NCBI GenBank assembly: GCA_965263355.1
Contig: CBDHHL010000048.1
Span: 1 to 64,000 of the forward strand
DNA from: Leptolyngbyaceae cyanobacterium
GTDB taxonomy: Bacteria > Cyanobacteriota > Cyanobacteriia > Phormidesmidales > Phormidesmidaceae
Length of the DNA stretch: 64,000 nucleotides
Reading direction: 5' to 3'
Part shown: positions 7,577-18,268 of the stretch, one piece after another
Position numbering within the stretch: the stretch's first letter is position 1
Layout of the letters: each line of letters begins with the position of its first letter
Program-made: the position numbers and the translations under genes
The notes under the pieces: generated by a model
The model's input: the letters and a program-made list of their open reading frames with translations, nothing else
Told to the model about the DNA's origin: nothing
The model's database searches: none

Positions 7577-8980
7577 ATGACTACTCCCACCAACAGCCGC
7601 ATTGAAAAAGATTCCATGGGGGAAAAGGAAATCCCCTTGGCAGCCTACTATGGCATTCAAACCTTGCGAGCGGTGGAAAATTTTCCCATCAGTGGTCTGC
7701 AGCCTCTGCCCATCTATGTGGATGCTTGTTTGTTGATTAAAAAGGCAGCCGCGATCGCAAACGGCGAACTCCACTGCATCCCCACTGAACTTTCTCAGGC
7801 TATTGTCACCGCCACTGATGAAATCCTTCAAGGCGATCTACGGGACCAGTTTATTGTGGATGTCTATCAGGCAGGGGCAGGCACATCTCACCATATGAAT
7901 GTCAATGAGGTACTGGCTAATCGAGCGCTAGAATTATTGGGGGATAAAAAAGGAAACTACAGCCATGTCAGTCCTAATGACCATGTGAACTACGGTCAAT
8001 CCACTAATGATGTGATTCCGACGGCGATTCGCATTGGTGGACTATTGGCATTGGAACATACCCTATATCCAAGTTTAGAGGGTGCGATCGCAACACTCCA
8101 GATCAAAGCCACCGAGTTTCAGGACATTGTCCGGTCGGGCCGCACCCATATGCAGGACGCCGTCCCTATCCGCCTGGGCGAAAGCTTCCGTGCTTGGGAA
8201 GTGATTCTCACCGATCACCTGCGCCGACTCCGCACCGCTGCCCAGGATCTATGCGTACTTGGCCTTGGTGGTAGCGCGACTGGCACCGGCCTTAACACCC
8301 ATCCCAAATATCGCGATCGCGTCGCCAAACTGCTAGCGGACTTCACGGGTCAGCCCCTCACCAGTGCCCCCCATCTAATGGCAGCAATGCAAAGCATGGC
8401 CCCCTTCGTCACCGTTTCCAGTGCCCTTCGTAACCTGGCACAGGATCTAGTCAAAATTTCCCACGACCTGCGTTTACTAGACTCAGGTCCTAAAACCGGC
8501 CTCAAAGAAATTCAGCTGCCCCCCGTTCAGCCAGGCTCATCCATCATGCCGGGCAAGTATAACCCTGTCATGGCCGAAATGACCTCCATGGTCTGTTTTC
8601 AGGTCATGGGCTACGATCAAGCCATCGCCTACGCTGCCCAAGCTGGTCAGCTAGAGTTAAACGTGATGATGCCCCTAATCGCCTACGACCTGATCCACAG
8701 CATCGAAATCCTCGGTAACACCATCAGCGCCCTCGACAAACGCTGTCTGACTGGTATCACCGCCCGTCCCGACCGCTGCCACGACTTCGCTGAAGGCAGT
8801 TTGGCCCTGGTCACCGCTCTCAATACCCACATCGGCTACCTCAACGCTGCTGCTATTGCTAAAGAATCCTTAGAAACCAGCAAATCCATGCGCCAGCTTG
8901 TGCTAGAAAAAAACTTAATGCCTGCAGATAAACTAAACGAAGTGCTCGATCTAAAAAAGATGAGCCAGCTCCCTGAATAA
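7577..8980 (+). CDS. aspA: Aspartate ammonia-lyase
   Basis: QAGAGTS, GRTHMQDA and QPGSSIMPGKYNP; aspartase-type rather than FumC-type (QTGSGT/ENEPGSS) motifs. Confidence 0.85.
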   Translation: MTTPTNSRIEKDSMGEKEIPLAAYYGIQTLRAVENFPISGLQPLPIYVDACLLIKKAAAIANGELHCIPTELSQAIVTATDEILQGDLRDQFIVDVYQAGAGTSHHMNVNEVLANRALELLGDKKGNYSHVSPNDHVNYGQSTNDVIPTAIRIGGLLALEHTLYPSLEGAIATLQIKATEFQDIVRSGRTHMQDAVPIRLGESFRAWEVILTDHLRRLRTAAQDLCVLGLGGSATGTGLNTHPKYRDRVAKLLADFTGQPLTSAPHLMAAMQSMAPFVTVSSALRNLAQDLVKISHDLRLLDSGPKTGLKEIQLPPVQPGSSIMPGKYNPVMAEMTSMVCFQVMGYDQAIAYAAQAGQLELNVMMPLIAYDLIHSIEILGNTISALDKRCLTGITARPDRCHDFAEGSLALVTALNTHIGYLNAAAIAKESLETSKSMRQLVLEKNLMPADKLNEVLDLKKMSQLPE

Positions 8981-9019
8981 TCGCCATTTTCCGTCGCCAA
9001 AACAACTACCCCTACCCCA

Positions 9020-9850
9020 ATGACCTCTTACCAAGCCACTAACAATCCCTACGAACTCGAATCCGAAGCCTGGTGGGTCCAACAATGGGTAGACCTACTT
9101 AACTCCTATCGCTTTAAAAAGCGTCTAGAACGCGGTCGTCGCTATGCGCGCGAAGGCCACATCCTTCGTTTGGACTTCACCGAGACCAAAGTCCACGCTT
9201 CGGTACAAGGCACTGCCGATACACCCTATAAGCTCTCTATTTGGATTGATCGCTTTGCCGATGAAGACTGGGATTTTGTCATCGATACTTTATCTCAAAA
9301 AGCAATTTACTCAGCCCAGCTGCTAGCAGGGGAAATGCCCGCCGACATTGAGAGCGTCTTCACAGCCAACGGCTTAAGTTTATTTCCCTTTACCCTGGCC
9401 GACGTACATTCTAAGTGCAACTGCCCCGACCCCAAAAACCCTTGCAAGCACATCGCCGCTGTGTACTATCAGCTAGCAGATGCATTTCGCGAAGACCCCT
9501 TTGTTCTCTTCCAGCTGCGTGGTCGCACTAAGGAACAGATTATTGCCGCCATTCGCGAAAAACGAAAACAACAGGTGGAAGAAAACCCTGTAGCAACCAT
9601 CGCTGAAGACACAGAGAAAGTTGTTGTTACTCCTGAGCCACAATCTCAAACCCTGAATCTAGAAAACTTTTGGCAATATGACGACGCCCTAGATTCATCT
9701 TTAGTAGTGATTACACCCTCAGACCAAACGGTATTGGATCTGCTAGGCCCCATGCCTTTACCTGCCAGTGATGCCCAGATTCTAAACGGACATTTTACCA
9801 GCCTCTATCAAACCGTAGCTCAACAGGCCATGATGTCAGCCCTAAGCTAA
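9020..9850 (+). CDS. SWIM zinc-finger protein
   Basis: CNCPDPKNPCKH motif and RLERGRRYAR. Confidence 0.9.
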   Translation: MTSYQATNNPYELESEAWWVQQWVDLLNSYRFKKRLERGRRYAREGHILRLDFTETKVHASVQGTADTPYKLSIWIDRFADEDWDFVIDTLSQKAIYSAQLLAGEMPADIESVFTANGLSLFPFTLADVHSKCNCPDPKNPCKHIAAVYYQLADAFREDPFVLFQLRGRTKEQIIAAIREKRKQQVEENPVATIAEDTEKVVVTPEPQSQTLNLENFWQYDDALDSSLVVITPSDQTVLDLLGPMPLPASDAQILNGHFTSLYQTVAQQAMMSALS

Positions 9851-9864
9851 CCATTCTCCTCAAA

Positions 9865-10974
9865 CTAAAACGGAACCTCACTTGTGAAGTGTAATCGCTT
9901 TTGCGTAATTGGATGAATTAATCGAATAGACTTCCCATGCAGGCATAACCGCCCTGTCTGGTTAGGTTGCCCATATAACACATCCCCAACAATAGGAGAA
10001 TTTAACCCTTGAGGATGAGCTGCATGAACCCTTAGCTGATGTGTTCTTCCCGTATGAGGTACAAACTCAACCCTAGGATTCTCACCCGCCTGCAACACCT
10101 TAAAGTGCGTCACACTCGGTTTACCATAGTCTGCATTTACCGATTGCCTGGGACGGTCATCAGGATTACTCCAAAGGGGTAACTCAATCACACCTTCGGC
10201 TAGAGAAACTGGCCGCCTCAGAATAGCTTCATAGGTTTTACAAACTTGATGCTTCGCAAATTGTTGGCCTAACGCCTTATGGGTCTCAGGAGAAACTGCT
10301 AAAACCAAAATTCCAGACGTCGCTTGATCCAGACGATGGGCCACTTGTAAAAAGTCATAGTCTGACAACTGACACCGGAGACGACACAGCACACTATCCT
10401 GCAAATGATATCTACGCCCAGGAACTGATAATAAGTCTGCTGGTTTATCCACAACAATCAATGCATCATCTTGATAGAGAATAGACAATGACTGCTCCCG
10501 CCCACAATGCTCCCTGGCATAGGTGGCTTGCAAGTAAGCACTCCACTGTCGAGAAATGGTGTCGTACTGTTGCTTTAGTAGTTGTATTTGTTGCTCGGCC
10601 TGGGCAATCTCCTCTGTCAGAGGCATCAGGGTTTTCTCTCGCTCTTGTTTTAGGCGACGACGTTCAAGGCTGTCTTGTTGACTTTCTCGTTTGAGCGCAT
10701 TCAGGGCATTGGTTAGGGTCTCTCCGGCTAATGTGGTTTGATATTGGGTACGTTTGCGATCGCGCTCCCGCTTTCTCTCACGATGCTTATCTGACAGCTG
10801 TTGTAATCGATTAGTATACTGCTGAGCTATCTGACTATAGGTTGTACGTTCAGCTAACTGCCTGAGACACATCAGCTCGCGTTTCAATTGTTGAAGTGTG
10901 GCTAAGACGTTGGACTCTACTAAATCGATTTGCATCTGAGATATTAAGGGACATTGACCGTGGAGCAGATTCAA
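9865..10974 (-). CDS. RluA-family pseudouridine synthase with coiled-coil N-terminus
   Basis: VDKPADLLSVPG, HRLDQATSG, TGRTHQLRVH and GDVLYG motifs. Confidence 0.9.
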   Translation of the reverse strand: MNLLHGQCPLISQMQIDLVESNVLATLQQLKRELMCLRQLAERTTYSQIAQQYTNRLQQLSDKHRERKRERDRKRTQYQTTLAGETLTNALNALKRESQQDSLERRRLKQEREKTLMPLTEEIAQAEQQIQLLKQQYDTISRQWSAYLQATYAREHCGREQSLSILYQDDALIVVDKPADLLSVPGRRYHLQDSVLCRLRCQLSDYDFLQVAHRLDQATSGILVLAVSPETHKALGQQFAKHQVCKTYEAILRRPVSLAEGVIELPLWSNPDDRPRQSVNADYGKPSVTHFKVLQAGENPRVEFVPHTGRTHQLRVHAAHPQGLNSPIVGDVLYGQPNQTGRLCLHGKSIRLIHPITQKRLHFTSEVPF

Positions 10975-12563
10975 GGGTTAAAGAACCGTTGCTTTACCAC
11001 CCAAACACCACTCACCAACAATAAGACCGGCACCAGCCAAGCCCCCCAACGCACATATAACGTCTGAGTCTGCCGCCGATAAATGGTCGCTATCTGGGTA
11101 TCAAACGTTAAGGGCTCCGACATCCACTGTGACCGCCCATGGGGATCCACAACAGCTGACAATCCCGTATTCGTACTCCGTGCTGCCCATCGATCCGTCG
11201 AAATTGCCTGAATCACATCCTGGCCATGGTGCTGCCCCATCATTCGAGGCGGATAGGGATCATTGTTAGACGCCGTCAGAATAAACTCTCCCCCTTGAGC
11301 CACCTGCTGCCGGAAAATCCAACCATAGGCAGAGTCATAGCAAATGCCGATAGCTGCCTGTCCCCAGGAAGTTTCAAACCGCTGACGAGACTCTCCAGGA
11401 ATCATTGTTGTCGCAATTGGCGACAGCCGCTCAATTAAATCACCCAAAACAGATTGAAGTGGAATATACTCGCCTAACGGTACCAGCTTTATTTTATTGT
11501 ATTGACTATCAGCTATCCCATTGGGCGTCAGCGCCACCAGACTTTGATAAATGTGATAATCCTCCTCTTCAGACGTAGTTGTAAATGTACCCAGCCATAG
11601 GGGTACCCCAGTTTCATCAACCGCTTCCTGAAAAATATGGTTACTGCTGACTTGAGGAATTGCTCCTTCGGGGGTAAACACCACATCAGTCCCCTGGTCT
11701 ACGAGCTGATGATAGCTGTCAAGATACAGCTCGTAGGCCTGGAAAATACCTGCGCCAGTCAGCTTCTCTCGACTAGGAATATTCCCCTGAACAATGCCAA
11801 TGTTCAGAGCTTCTGGCAGACGGTCTTGGAGAGGTTGTTGGTACAATCCCCAACCAATTAAATGAGCACCAATCAACAGACTAATGGCACCAGCAAGCCA
11901 ACCTTGAGAGGCAGTTTTAGCAGCTTCTGGAAACAAGCCAAATCGCTTAGAAGTCCTTACCGCTACCGCTGCCACTGCCAGTATCCCATTCACTGCCACA
12001 ATGGCAGCCGTAATGGTCAAATGCCCCGACAACCGTGCTAAGTGCACAACCACTAAATTACCAGGGCTCTGGGTAATTGCTAACGATGACCAATACAGCG
12101 GCCCCATACTCCACAGTGCTTCCACACCACACCAGAGCGCTGTACCCACAAACACTCGACTAACGTTCCCTAGAGGAGCAGCTCGATTTAGAGCCGCTAT
12201 GCCAATGGCCCAAGTTATGGCGATACCTGCCCCCCAGAGAGTGACAAAGGTATAGGCAAAAAGTGCGATCGCAATGCTTCCTAACCACGGTATCCCTAAC
12301 CACATCAGCGGATGCAGATTCAACACCCACACCAACATCGTGCCGTGGTAGCCCATCCCCCAAACCAATGCACTCAAGCCACTCTGCCGCAGCCCAGCCC
12401 CTTGATGAATGACCCACCAAAGCGGCACCAACGACACCCAAGCCAAAGGCCAAATAGGCCACAAGCCCATCAAAATCCCAGCTAACAATAACCCCAGGTA
12501 ATTTGGCTTTAGGCCAACATCAAAAATTAAGGCTATGGGTTTAGCCAAGTGAGACATTGCCAT
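10971..12563 (-). CDS. lnt: Apolipoprotein N-acyltransferase
   Basis: TM N-terminus; nitrilase-fold triad motifs PEG, KIKLVPLGEY, ICYD. Confidence 0.92.
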   Translation of the reverse strand: MAMSHLAKPIALIFDVGLKPNYLGLLLAGILMGLWPIWPLAWVSLVPLWWVIHQGAGLRQSGLSALVWGMGYHGTMLVWVLNLHPLMWLGIPWLGSIAIALFAYTFVTLWGAGIAITWAIGIAALNRAAPLGNVSRVFVGTALWCGVEALWSMGPLYWSSLAITQSPGNLVVVHLARLSGHLTITAAIVAVNGILAVAAVAVRTSKRFGLFPEAAKTASQGWLAGAISLLIGAHLIGWGLYQQPLQDRLPEALNIGIVQGNIPSREKLTGAGIFQAYELYLDSYHQLVDQGTDVVFTPEGAIPQVSSNHIFQEAVDETGVPLWLGTFTTTSEEEDYHIYQSLVALTPNGIADSQYNKIKLVPLGEYIPLQSVLGDLIERLSPIATTMIPGESRQRFETSWGQAAIGICYDSAYGWIFRQQVAQGGEFILTASNNDPYPPRMMGQHHGQDVIQAISTDRWAARSTNTGLSAVVDPHGRSQWMSEPLTFDTQIATIYRRQTQTLYVRWGAWLVPVLLLVSGVWVVKQRFFNP

Positions 12564-12620
12564 AAACTAACCCTCACTGCCTTTTACCCATTCCCCAATA
12601 CCCAGTGGGCCATGCCCACC

Positions 12621-13376
12621 CTACAGCGAACTTGAATTTAAGCTATCCGCTTCTCCCTGAGTCTGCGGCAAATGCAGACCACACTCTTGCTTTAATCCCT
12701 TAAAGCGGGTAGCACGTTCATCACCATCAGCCGCCGTCATCGGACGACTTGAATGCCAATCCCCCACTGTGACATACCCCTGATCAAACAAAGGATGATA
12801 AGGCAGATCAAAGGCCATCAAGTATTTGTACACATCCCGCGAATGCCAGGACAAAATCGGATGTAACTTGTATACGCCATTCTGCTGAGCAATTCGGCTT
12901 AACGTTTGCCGATGGGATGTCTGATTAGCCCGTAACCCAGCTAACCAGGCTTTTGCCCCTAGCTCTTTTAGCGCTCGCTGCATGGGCTCTACCTTACGAA
13001 TATAGTCGTAACGGTTCAGAGCCTCCAAATTATCCTCATCCCACAGCCGCCCATGTAAAGCTTCCATGCGAGCCGGACTCATAGTTGACTGATAGACTTT
13101 TAGATTCAAATTCAGCCGCTGAGTTAGTTCATCAGCAAACCGATAGGTTTCCGCAGGCAAATACCCCGTATCCACCCAAATAACCGGAATAGCAGGCATC
13201 ACTTGGGTCACCAAGTGCAGCATAACAGCTGACTGAATGCCAAAGCTGGTACTCATAACCAGGGAATCACCAAAGGTTTCAACGCCCCAGGACACAAGTC
13301 CAGCTGCATCCATACCGTCTAAGGTTTGGTTGAGTGCTTCAAGATCTAAATCGCTTTCCAGCACCAGATTTAACAT
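12621..13376 (-). CDS. cysH: Phosphoadenylyl-sulfate (PAPS) reductase
   Basis: STSFG, DTGYL, RKVEP and C-terminal ECGLH; no Fe-S cysteine pair. Start placed at MLNLV. Confidence 0.92.
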   Translation of the reverse strand: MLNLVLESDLDLEALNQTLDGMDAAGLVSWGVETFGDSLVMSTSFGIQSAVMLHLVTQVMPAIPVIWVDTGYLPAETYRFADELTQRLNLNLKVYQSTMSPARMEALHGRLWDEDNLEALNRYDYIRKVEPMQRALKELGAKAWLAGLRANQTSHRQTLSRIAQQNGVYKLHPILSWHSRDVYKYLMAFDLPYHPLFDQGYVTVGDWHSSRPMTAADGDERATRFKGLKQECGLHLPQTQGEADSLNSSSL

Positions 13377-13546
13377 AGCTTCAACCGCTCCGTGATGCCG
13401 ATATGAGGTGGGGTCATAGATTCCAACTAGGGTGAGCACCAGCTTTCTAATGATGCTCAAATACAGTATAAACTTGCCTCATCTTCGCATCATATATGGA
13501 AAGGCTTACTTAAATTTGTTTGTAGACTTCAATCCTGAGCAATCAA

Positions 13547-14314
13547 CTAGGGCTGTCTAACCGCTACGAGGCGTAATCGACGATAGTCTGCATGCCATTG
13601 ACTGCCATCATACATTTGTGGTCGTAAAAGGATTTCCATACGACGTATTACTGTTTCTATTTGATCTATAGGCAAACCCGCCCAAAGCTCATTACCAAAC
13701 ATTCTCAGCCAATTTTCAAGGCCGCGTTCACCATCATTTAAGGGTGTCGGGCGATCGATCAAGGTGGCAAAGGTAACTTCTAGGCCATAGGTTTCTAACA
13801 AATGGGTATATTCGCCAACGCTAGGAAAGTACCAAGGATTCAAATTATCCCGCTGTCTGATGGTTTCAACAGCTTTCAAAATAGTTTGAACATTATTCTT
13901 ACCACCAAATTCGGCTACAAATTTTCCGCCAGGTTTTAGAGCATTAGCTACACTTTGAACCACTTGCTCAGGTGGTTTAACCCAATGCAACACCGCATTA
14001 GAAAAGATACCCTCAATGGGTTGTTCCAATTTGAAATTACGGGCATCAGCCATAGAAAAAGACAGCTGTGGAAACTGCTGCTGAGCCACAGCAATCATGG
14101 CGGCATCCGCATCGATACCGCTGACAATCGCACCTGTTTCTGCCAGCGCATAGGTCAACTCCCCCGTGCCGCATCCCAAATCAAGAATGCGTTCCCCTGG
14201 CTGTGGATTGAGCAAATCAACAAGTGCTGCACCGTATTGCCAGACAAAGCTATGTTGATTTTGGTAGCGATCCGTATCCCAAATTTGATGAGGATAAATA
14301 GTGTCAGAAGCCAT
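13547..14314 (-). CDS. Class I SAM-dependent methyltransferase (Tam-like)
   Basis: LDLGCGTG, FSNAVLHW and ADYRRLR motifs. Confidence 0.88.
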   Translation of the reverse strand: MASDTIYPHQIWDTDRYQNQHSFVWQYGAALVDLLNPQPGERILDLGCGTGELTYALAETGAIVSGIDADAAMIAVAQQQFPQLSFSMADARNFKLEQPIEGIFSNAVLHWVKPPEQVVQSVANALKPGGKFVAEFGGKNNVQTILKAVETIRQRDNLNPWYFPSVGEYTHLLETYGLEVTFATLIDRPTPLNDGERGLENWLRMFGNELWAGLPIDQIETVIRRMEILLRPQMYDGSQWHADYRRLRLVAVRQP

Positions 14315-14419
14315 AGTCGTTAAATCTAAGACGATATTTCTAGACTATTGGCGGATCATTAAGATGTCCAATATATGTTTTAGTATCTATTGATATTCAA
14401 AAAGTATTAATAGAGCACT

Positions 14420-15289
14420 ATGGAATTGCGGCATCTTCGTTACTTTTTAGCTGTGGCTGAGGAGCTGCATTTTGGTCGGGCAGCAATGCGTCTGCAAATG
14501 GCCCAGCCTCCCTTAAGTCAACAGATTAAACAATTGGAAACTAAGTTGGGCGTACAGCTATTTGCCCGAACCCAGCGTAAGGTAGCCCTAACCGCTGCAG
14601 GTCAGGTGCTTCAGAAAGAAGCGCAACAGCTACTGCAGCAGGTAGAACAGGCTGTTAGGAAAACTCAACAGGCGCATCGGGGAGAAGTAGGAAGACTTGC
14701 GATTGCATTTGTTAGCTCCGCCATGTACAGTCTCTTACCTGACTATCTCAAACAGTTTCGAGAACAATACCCCCATGTGGAAATTGTTCTCCATGAACTA
14801 TCCACCCAAGAACAGATTCAAGGATTATTAGACAACCGACTGGATATTGGCTTTATGCGTCCCCCTATAGATCATCCGGCCCTACAGACAACGCCAGTTT
14901 TACAAGAACCATTAGTGGTAGCCCTACCGTTGGAGCATCGGCTTGCCTCGCAGCCAAATCTTTCTATCAAAGAGTTACAGGGAGAGTTATTTGTGTTGTT
15001 CCCTAGGGCCATGGCTACCCGGCTGTACGATCAAATAATTAGCCTGTGCCACCAGGGGAATTTTAGTCCCACTGTGGTCCAACAAGCGACTCAAATGCAA
15101 ACCATTTTAAGTCTTGTTGCCGCAGACATGGGGGTAGCAGTTGTGCCTGAGTCGTTACAAAATCTCCAGCGTCGAGGGGTATGTTTTATTCCCTTTAAGG
15201 AAACGACTCCCCAGGCTGAAGTTTGTATGGTCTGGAAACAAAATCAGATAGCTCAGCCTACTTATACCTTTTTGCAGGGAATGTTGTAG
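14420..15289 (+). CDS. LysR-family transcriptional regulator, divergent from the methyltransferase
   Basis: MELRHLRYF...LHFGRAA..L..AQPPLSQQI HTH. Confidence 0.95.
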   Translation: MELRHLRYFLAVAEELHFGRAAMRLQMAQPPLSQQIKQLETKLGVQLFARTQRKVALTAAGQVLQKEAQQLLQQVEQAVRKTQQAHRGEVGRLAIAFVSSAMYSLLPDYLKQFREQYPHVEIVLHELSTQEQIQGLLDNRLDIGFMRPPIDHPALQTTPVLQEPLVVALPLEHRLASQPNLSIKELQGELFVLFPRAMATRLYDQIISLCHQGNFSPTVVQQATQMQTILSLVAADMGVAVVPESLQNLQRRGVCFIPFKETTPQAEVCMVWKQNQIAQPTYTFLQGML

Positions 15290-15316
15290 ATTAGGTCATC
15301 ATGTCCTCTAAACTCT

Positions 15317-16270
15317 ATGAAACGAGTAAACATCAGCCACCCATCGAGTCCTTTAAACAATGCTTTGGTATTTGCCCTCTGCAGTTGCTTGATCTACTGC
15401 CCTATTTTGCTATTGCTAGCACCTTGGCCTACAGCAGCCAAAGATGTCTGGCTAAATGGGTTAGCAGGTTGTGCCGTCTCTTTTGTAGAAGTCCTGGTAT
15501 GGATTGTCTACCTTTTGCCAAAATCTCTCTTGTCTCAAGGCCAAGTTGTTACTGTTCTTGGATTATTGATTATTGCAATACTTCTGATTTGCAGCAAAAA
15601 GATGTCCTCCTTGTTGAGACAACGTTTTCCAAAGTATTTCCATGTTTGGGAACAAACCTGGTCGGTTGAACATGCTCCCGATGTTTTTTGGTGGATATTG
15701 CTGATAATCACCCTTAATACAATTGTTGTAACAGGTATTAGTGTGGCCTACGATTGGCCAGACGAGTATTTTCGTCAAGATTTTATTCCTGTTCATGTAC
15801 TGCCGACAATGGTATGGGGTGCTCAAATGATAATATTTCTAGCCTACATTGTTCTAGATGGGGAACCTGCCGTACGCCCCCTTATTGCCTGGCCGACAAA
15901 TCTGATTATGGTAGTGTTACTTTCGTTCTCTCTATGTGGTCTTGTTCTATATAACCAGATTATTCCACGGTATACCCTTTCTAAAGTTACTCCGTTTCTT
16001 GAAAGCTATCTAAAAGAAGATAACACTCAACCCACCTTTGCCATAGTCAATCGTGCCTATGGTGTTTACCATGTGCGGGGATATCACACATTTTCAGACG
16101 GTTCTAAGCATTTTATTTTGAGCCAGCCGTTTCCTCGCTTTAATCGTAATGAGGTTGTCGGATTGGCATATCGACCTAACCCATCTGGTAGTTATCTAAC
16201 GTATTACCGTCTAGGTTCAGACTGGATCTATTTTGAACTTAAGACTGAGAGCTATACAGGGTTACTTTGA
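15317..16270 (+). CDS. Hypothetical multi-pass membrane protein
   Basis: 317-aa ORF with about 6 hydrophobic segments; no recognisable family. Confidence 0.6.
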   Translation: MKRVNISHPSSPLNNALVFALCSCLIYCPILLLLAPWPTAAKDVWLNGLAGCAVSFVEVLVWIVYLLPKSLLSQGQVVTVLGLLIIAILLICSKKMSSLLRQRFPKYFHVWEQTWSVEHAPDVFWWILLIITLNTIVVTGISVAYDWPDEYFRQDFIPVHVLPTMVWGAQMIIFLAYIVLDGEPAVRPLIAWPTNLIMVVLLSFSLCGLVLYNQIIPRYTLSKVTPFLESYLKEDNTQPTFAIVNRAYGVYHVRGYHTFSDGSKHFILSQPFPRFNRNEVVGLAYRPNPSGSYLTYYRLGSDWIYFELKTESYTGLL

Positions 16271-16312
16271 ATTCGAAACTGTGAGTGATTAATTTGACAG
16301 CAGACTAGACAC

Positions 16313-17983
16313 TTAATCGGCTGGTTGGATGGTTAATGCAAGGTCAAATTCTTGTTCAAAGCAGGCTTTTTTAGCATTAGCGCTCCAGACTTCCAGTTCG
16401 CAACTGTCCTGGGAGTGGTTGGGTCTAAAGCTCAACGTCATGGTGCGAGCTTTGGCTTCGTAGCTAGTTTGAAAACTTGCGATCGCACCCAATCGCCGCC
16501 GGTCCAGCCCAACCGCTACCCGCAACATCGCACTTAGCTGATTAACAATTTTACGATTCCCTTTTGTTAAAGCCTTGTATGGCTCATGCTTTAGCTTGGG
16601 TAAACTCTTGCGATGATAGCGACCAATATTGGCAATCAGCTCAATTTCAGAACTTGTAAATCCCAGCAGCTCACCATTGCGAATCAAATAATAGGAATGT
16701 TTGTGATGAGCCCCATGGCTCACAAAATGACCACAATTATGGAGCATAGCAGCTGCCCACAGAAGTTCCCGTTCCACAGGTCCCCACTCATGTAAGACGC
16801 CACGGGTTTGATCAAATAAAGCTAACGCGAACTTAGCGACTAACTCACTATGTGACATATTCACACGATATTTCTGGGCCGCTTTCATCACACTTCGTTC
16901 CCGCACTGACTGCTGATACTGCATCCGGTCTTCAATCAAACCGTGAATCAACATCCAGTCCACCACTAACCCTTCTCTCAGAGCATGTTCGCAAATGGTA
17001 ATGCGGTCCACCCGCAGCATACGCATGGCTTCTTGCAAAATCACTGCTCCAGGCACAATAATTTCTGCTCGCCGGGCAGAAATCTCTGGCAACTTTAGCC
17101 GCTCGCTAAAGCTCATCTGTCGCAACTTATCAGCACAGCGCTCCAGTTCATCCAGAGTCATGACGTAGCCATTAATCGGATCTGGCACTGTTCCCAATTT
17201 GTCAATGGCCGTCAAAATCGCCAGTGATTCAATAGTTCCCGATGTACCCACCAATGAAAGAGATTCACCCGCTGCCAGTTTAGTTTTGAGTTCATCAATA
17301 TTAGGTTCAAGCCTTCCCCTTACATACGCCTGCAATTGCAAGAACTCTTCCGTACTAATGGGATTAGTCGTAACCATCTGGGAATTAAGTCTGACAGCAC
17401 CGACTTTAGTACTACTCAAAAATCGATGGCGTTCCCCAGTGCCCAAAATGATTTCTGTGGACCCACCCCCAATATCGATAATGGCATGGGGCTTTCCATT
17501 AAGTTCCATGCCAGAGAGTACACCCAAATAAATGCGGCGGGCCTCTTCAAGGCCAGAAATTAGATTGATATCCAACCCGACTTCTCGCTTGACTCGATCA
17601 ATAAACACTTGACCGTTACTAGCTTCTCGAGTGGCACTAGTAGCGACCGTAACAATATCATCAGCCCGATGACTATCAGCAATTTGTTTACAACGCTTCA
17701 AAGCTGCAATCCCCCGATCCATCGCCTCATCTGATAAACAATTGGTGCCGGGCCGGAAATTGCCTAGACGAACAGTATCTTTTTCACGACCAATAATAGT
17801 GAATGTAGGCAACTCTGGTTGAATTTTGACAACAACCATATGAACTGAGTTAGTCCCAACATCGATAGCGGCTAAGATTCGATCTCCCTGCAACGATTGA
17901 CGTAACTCAATCGACGTTTCTGAAAGGCTAGGGGAATAGCCCCTCTGGTCTAAAGGGGCAACAGTGGCTGAATCAACCATCAT
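16313..17983 (-). CDS. ppx: Exopolyphosphatase Ppx/GppA
   Basis: IDVGTNS, ATSATREA, DIGGGSTE and ALREG motifs; C-terminal HD-like region. Confidence 0.93.
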   Translation of the reverse strand: MMVDSATVAPLDQRGYSPSLSETSIELRQSLQGDRILAAIDVGTNSVHMVVVKIQPELPTFTIIGREKDTVRLGNFRPGTNCLSDEAMDRGIAALKRCKQIADSHRADDIVTVATSATREASNGQVFIDRVKREVGLDINLISGLEEARRIYLGVLSGMELNGKPHAIIDIGGGSTEIILGTGERHRFLSSTKVGAVRLNSQMVTTNPISTEEFLQLQAYVRGRLEPNIDELKTKLAAGESLSLVGTSGTIESLAILTAIDKLGTVPDPINGYVMTLDELERCADKLRQMSFSERLKLPEISARRAEIIVPGAVILQEAMRMLRVDRITICEHALREGLVVDWMLIHGLIEDRMQYQQSVRERSVMKAAQKYRVNMSHSELVAKFALALFDQTRGVLHEWGPVERELLWAAAMLHNCGHFVSHGAHHKHSYYLIRNGELLGFTSSEIELIANIGRYHRKSLPKLKHEPYKALTKGNRKIVNQLSAMLRVAVGLDRRRLGAIASFQTSYEAKARTMTLSFRPNHSQDSCELEVWSANAKKACFEQEFDLALTIQPAD

Positions 17984-18056
17984 AAGTACTGAACGGGATG
18001 TTATTTATCTTACATTTCTAGTACTTCTACTGAAATCCGTAAGGAAAGACCTTATC

Positions 18057-18092
18057 GTCAGCTTTATATCTTAAATTGTCAGCTTTGTATCT
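18057..18092. repeat. 15-bp direct repeat, 21-bp period, in a divergent promoter region
   Basis: GTCAGCTTTATATCT (18057) and GTCAGCTTTGTATCT (18078). Confidence 0.6.
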
Positions 18093-18268
18093 CATACAAC
18101 GTTTTCCGGATATTCTTTCAATGGACTGCATGGGTGATAGATTGCTTACATACCAGGGAAAAGCCACTCATTAGGCGAATATGTTAGCCTCTGATTAAGG
18201 TGTCGCTAATTGACAGTGGGCAGTTTGCATGCTGTTAGTCTAATTTACGTTTTGCCTACAGGAGGCAT

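Noticed and set aside
7577..8980. Annotation as fumarase FumC
   Set aside because: Signature motifs (QAGAGTS, QPGSS) fit aspartase better.
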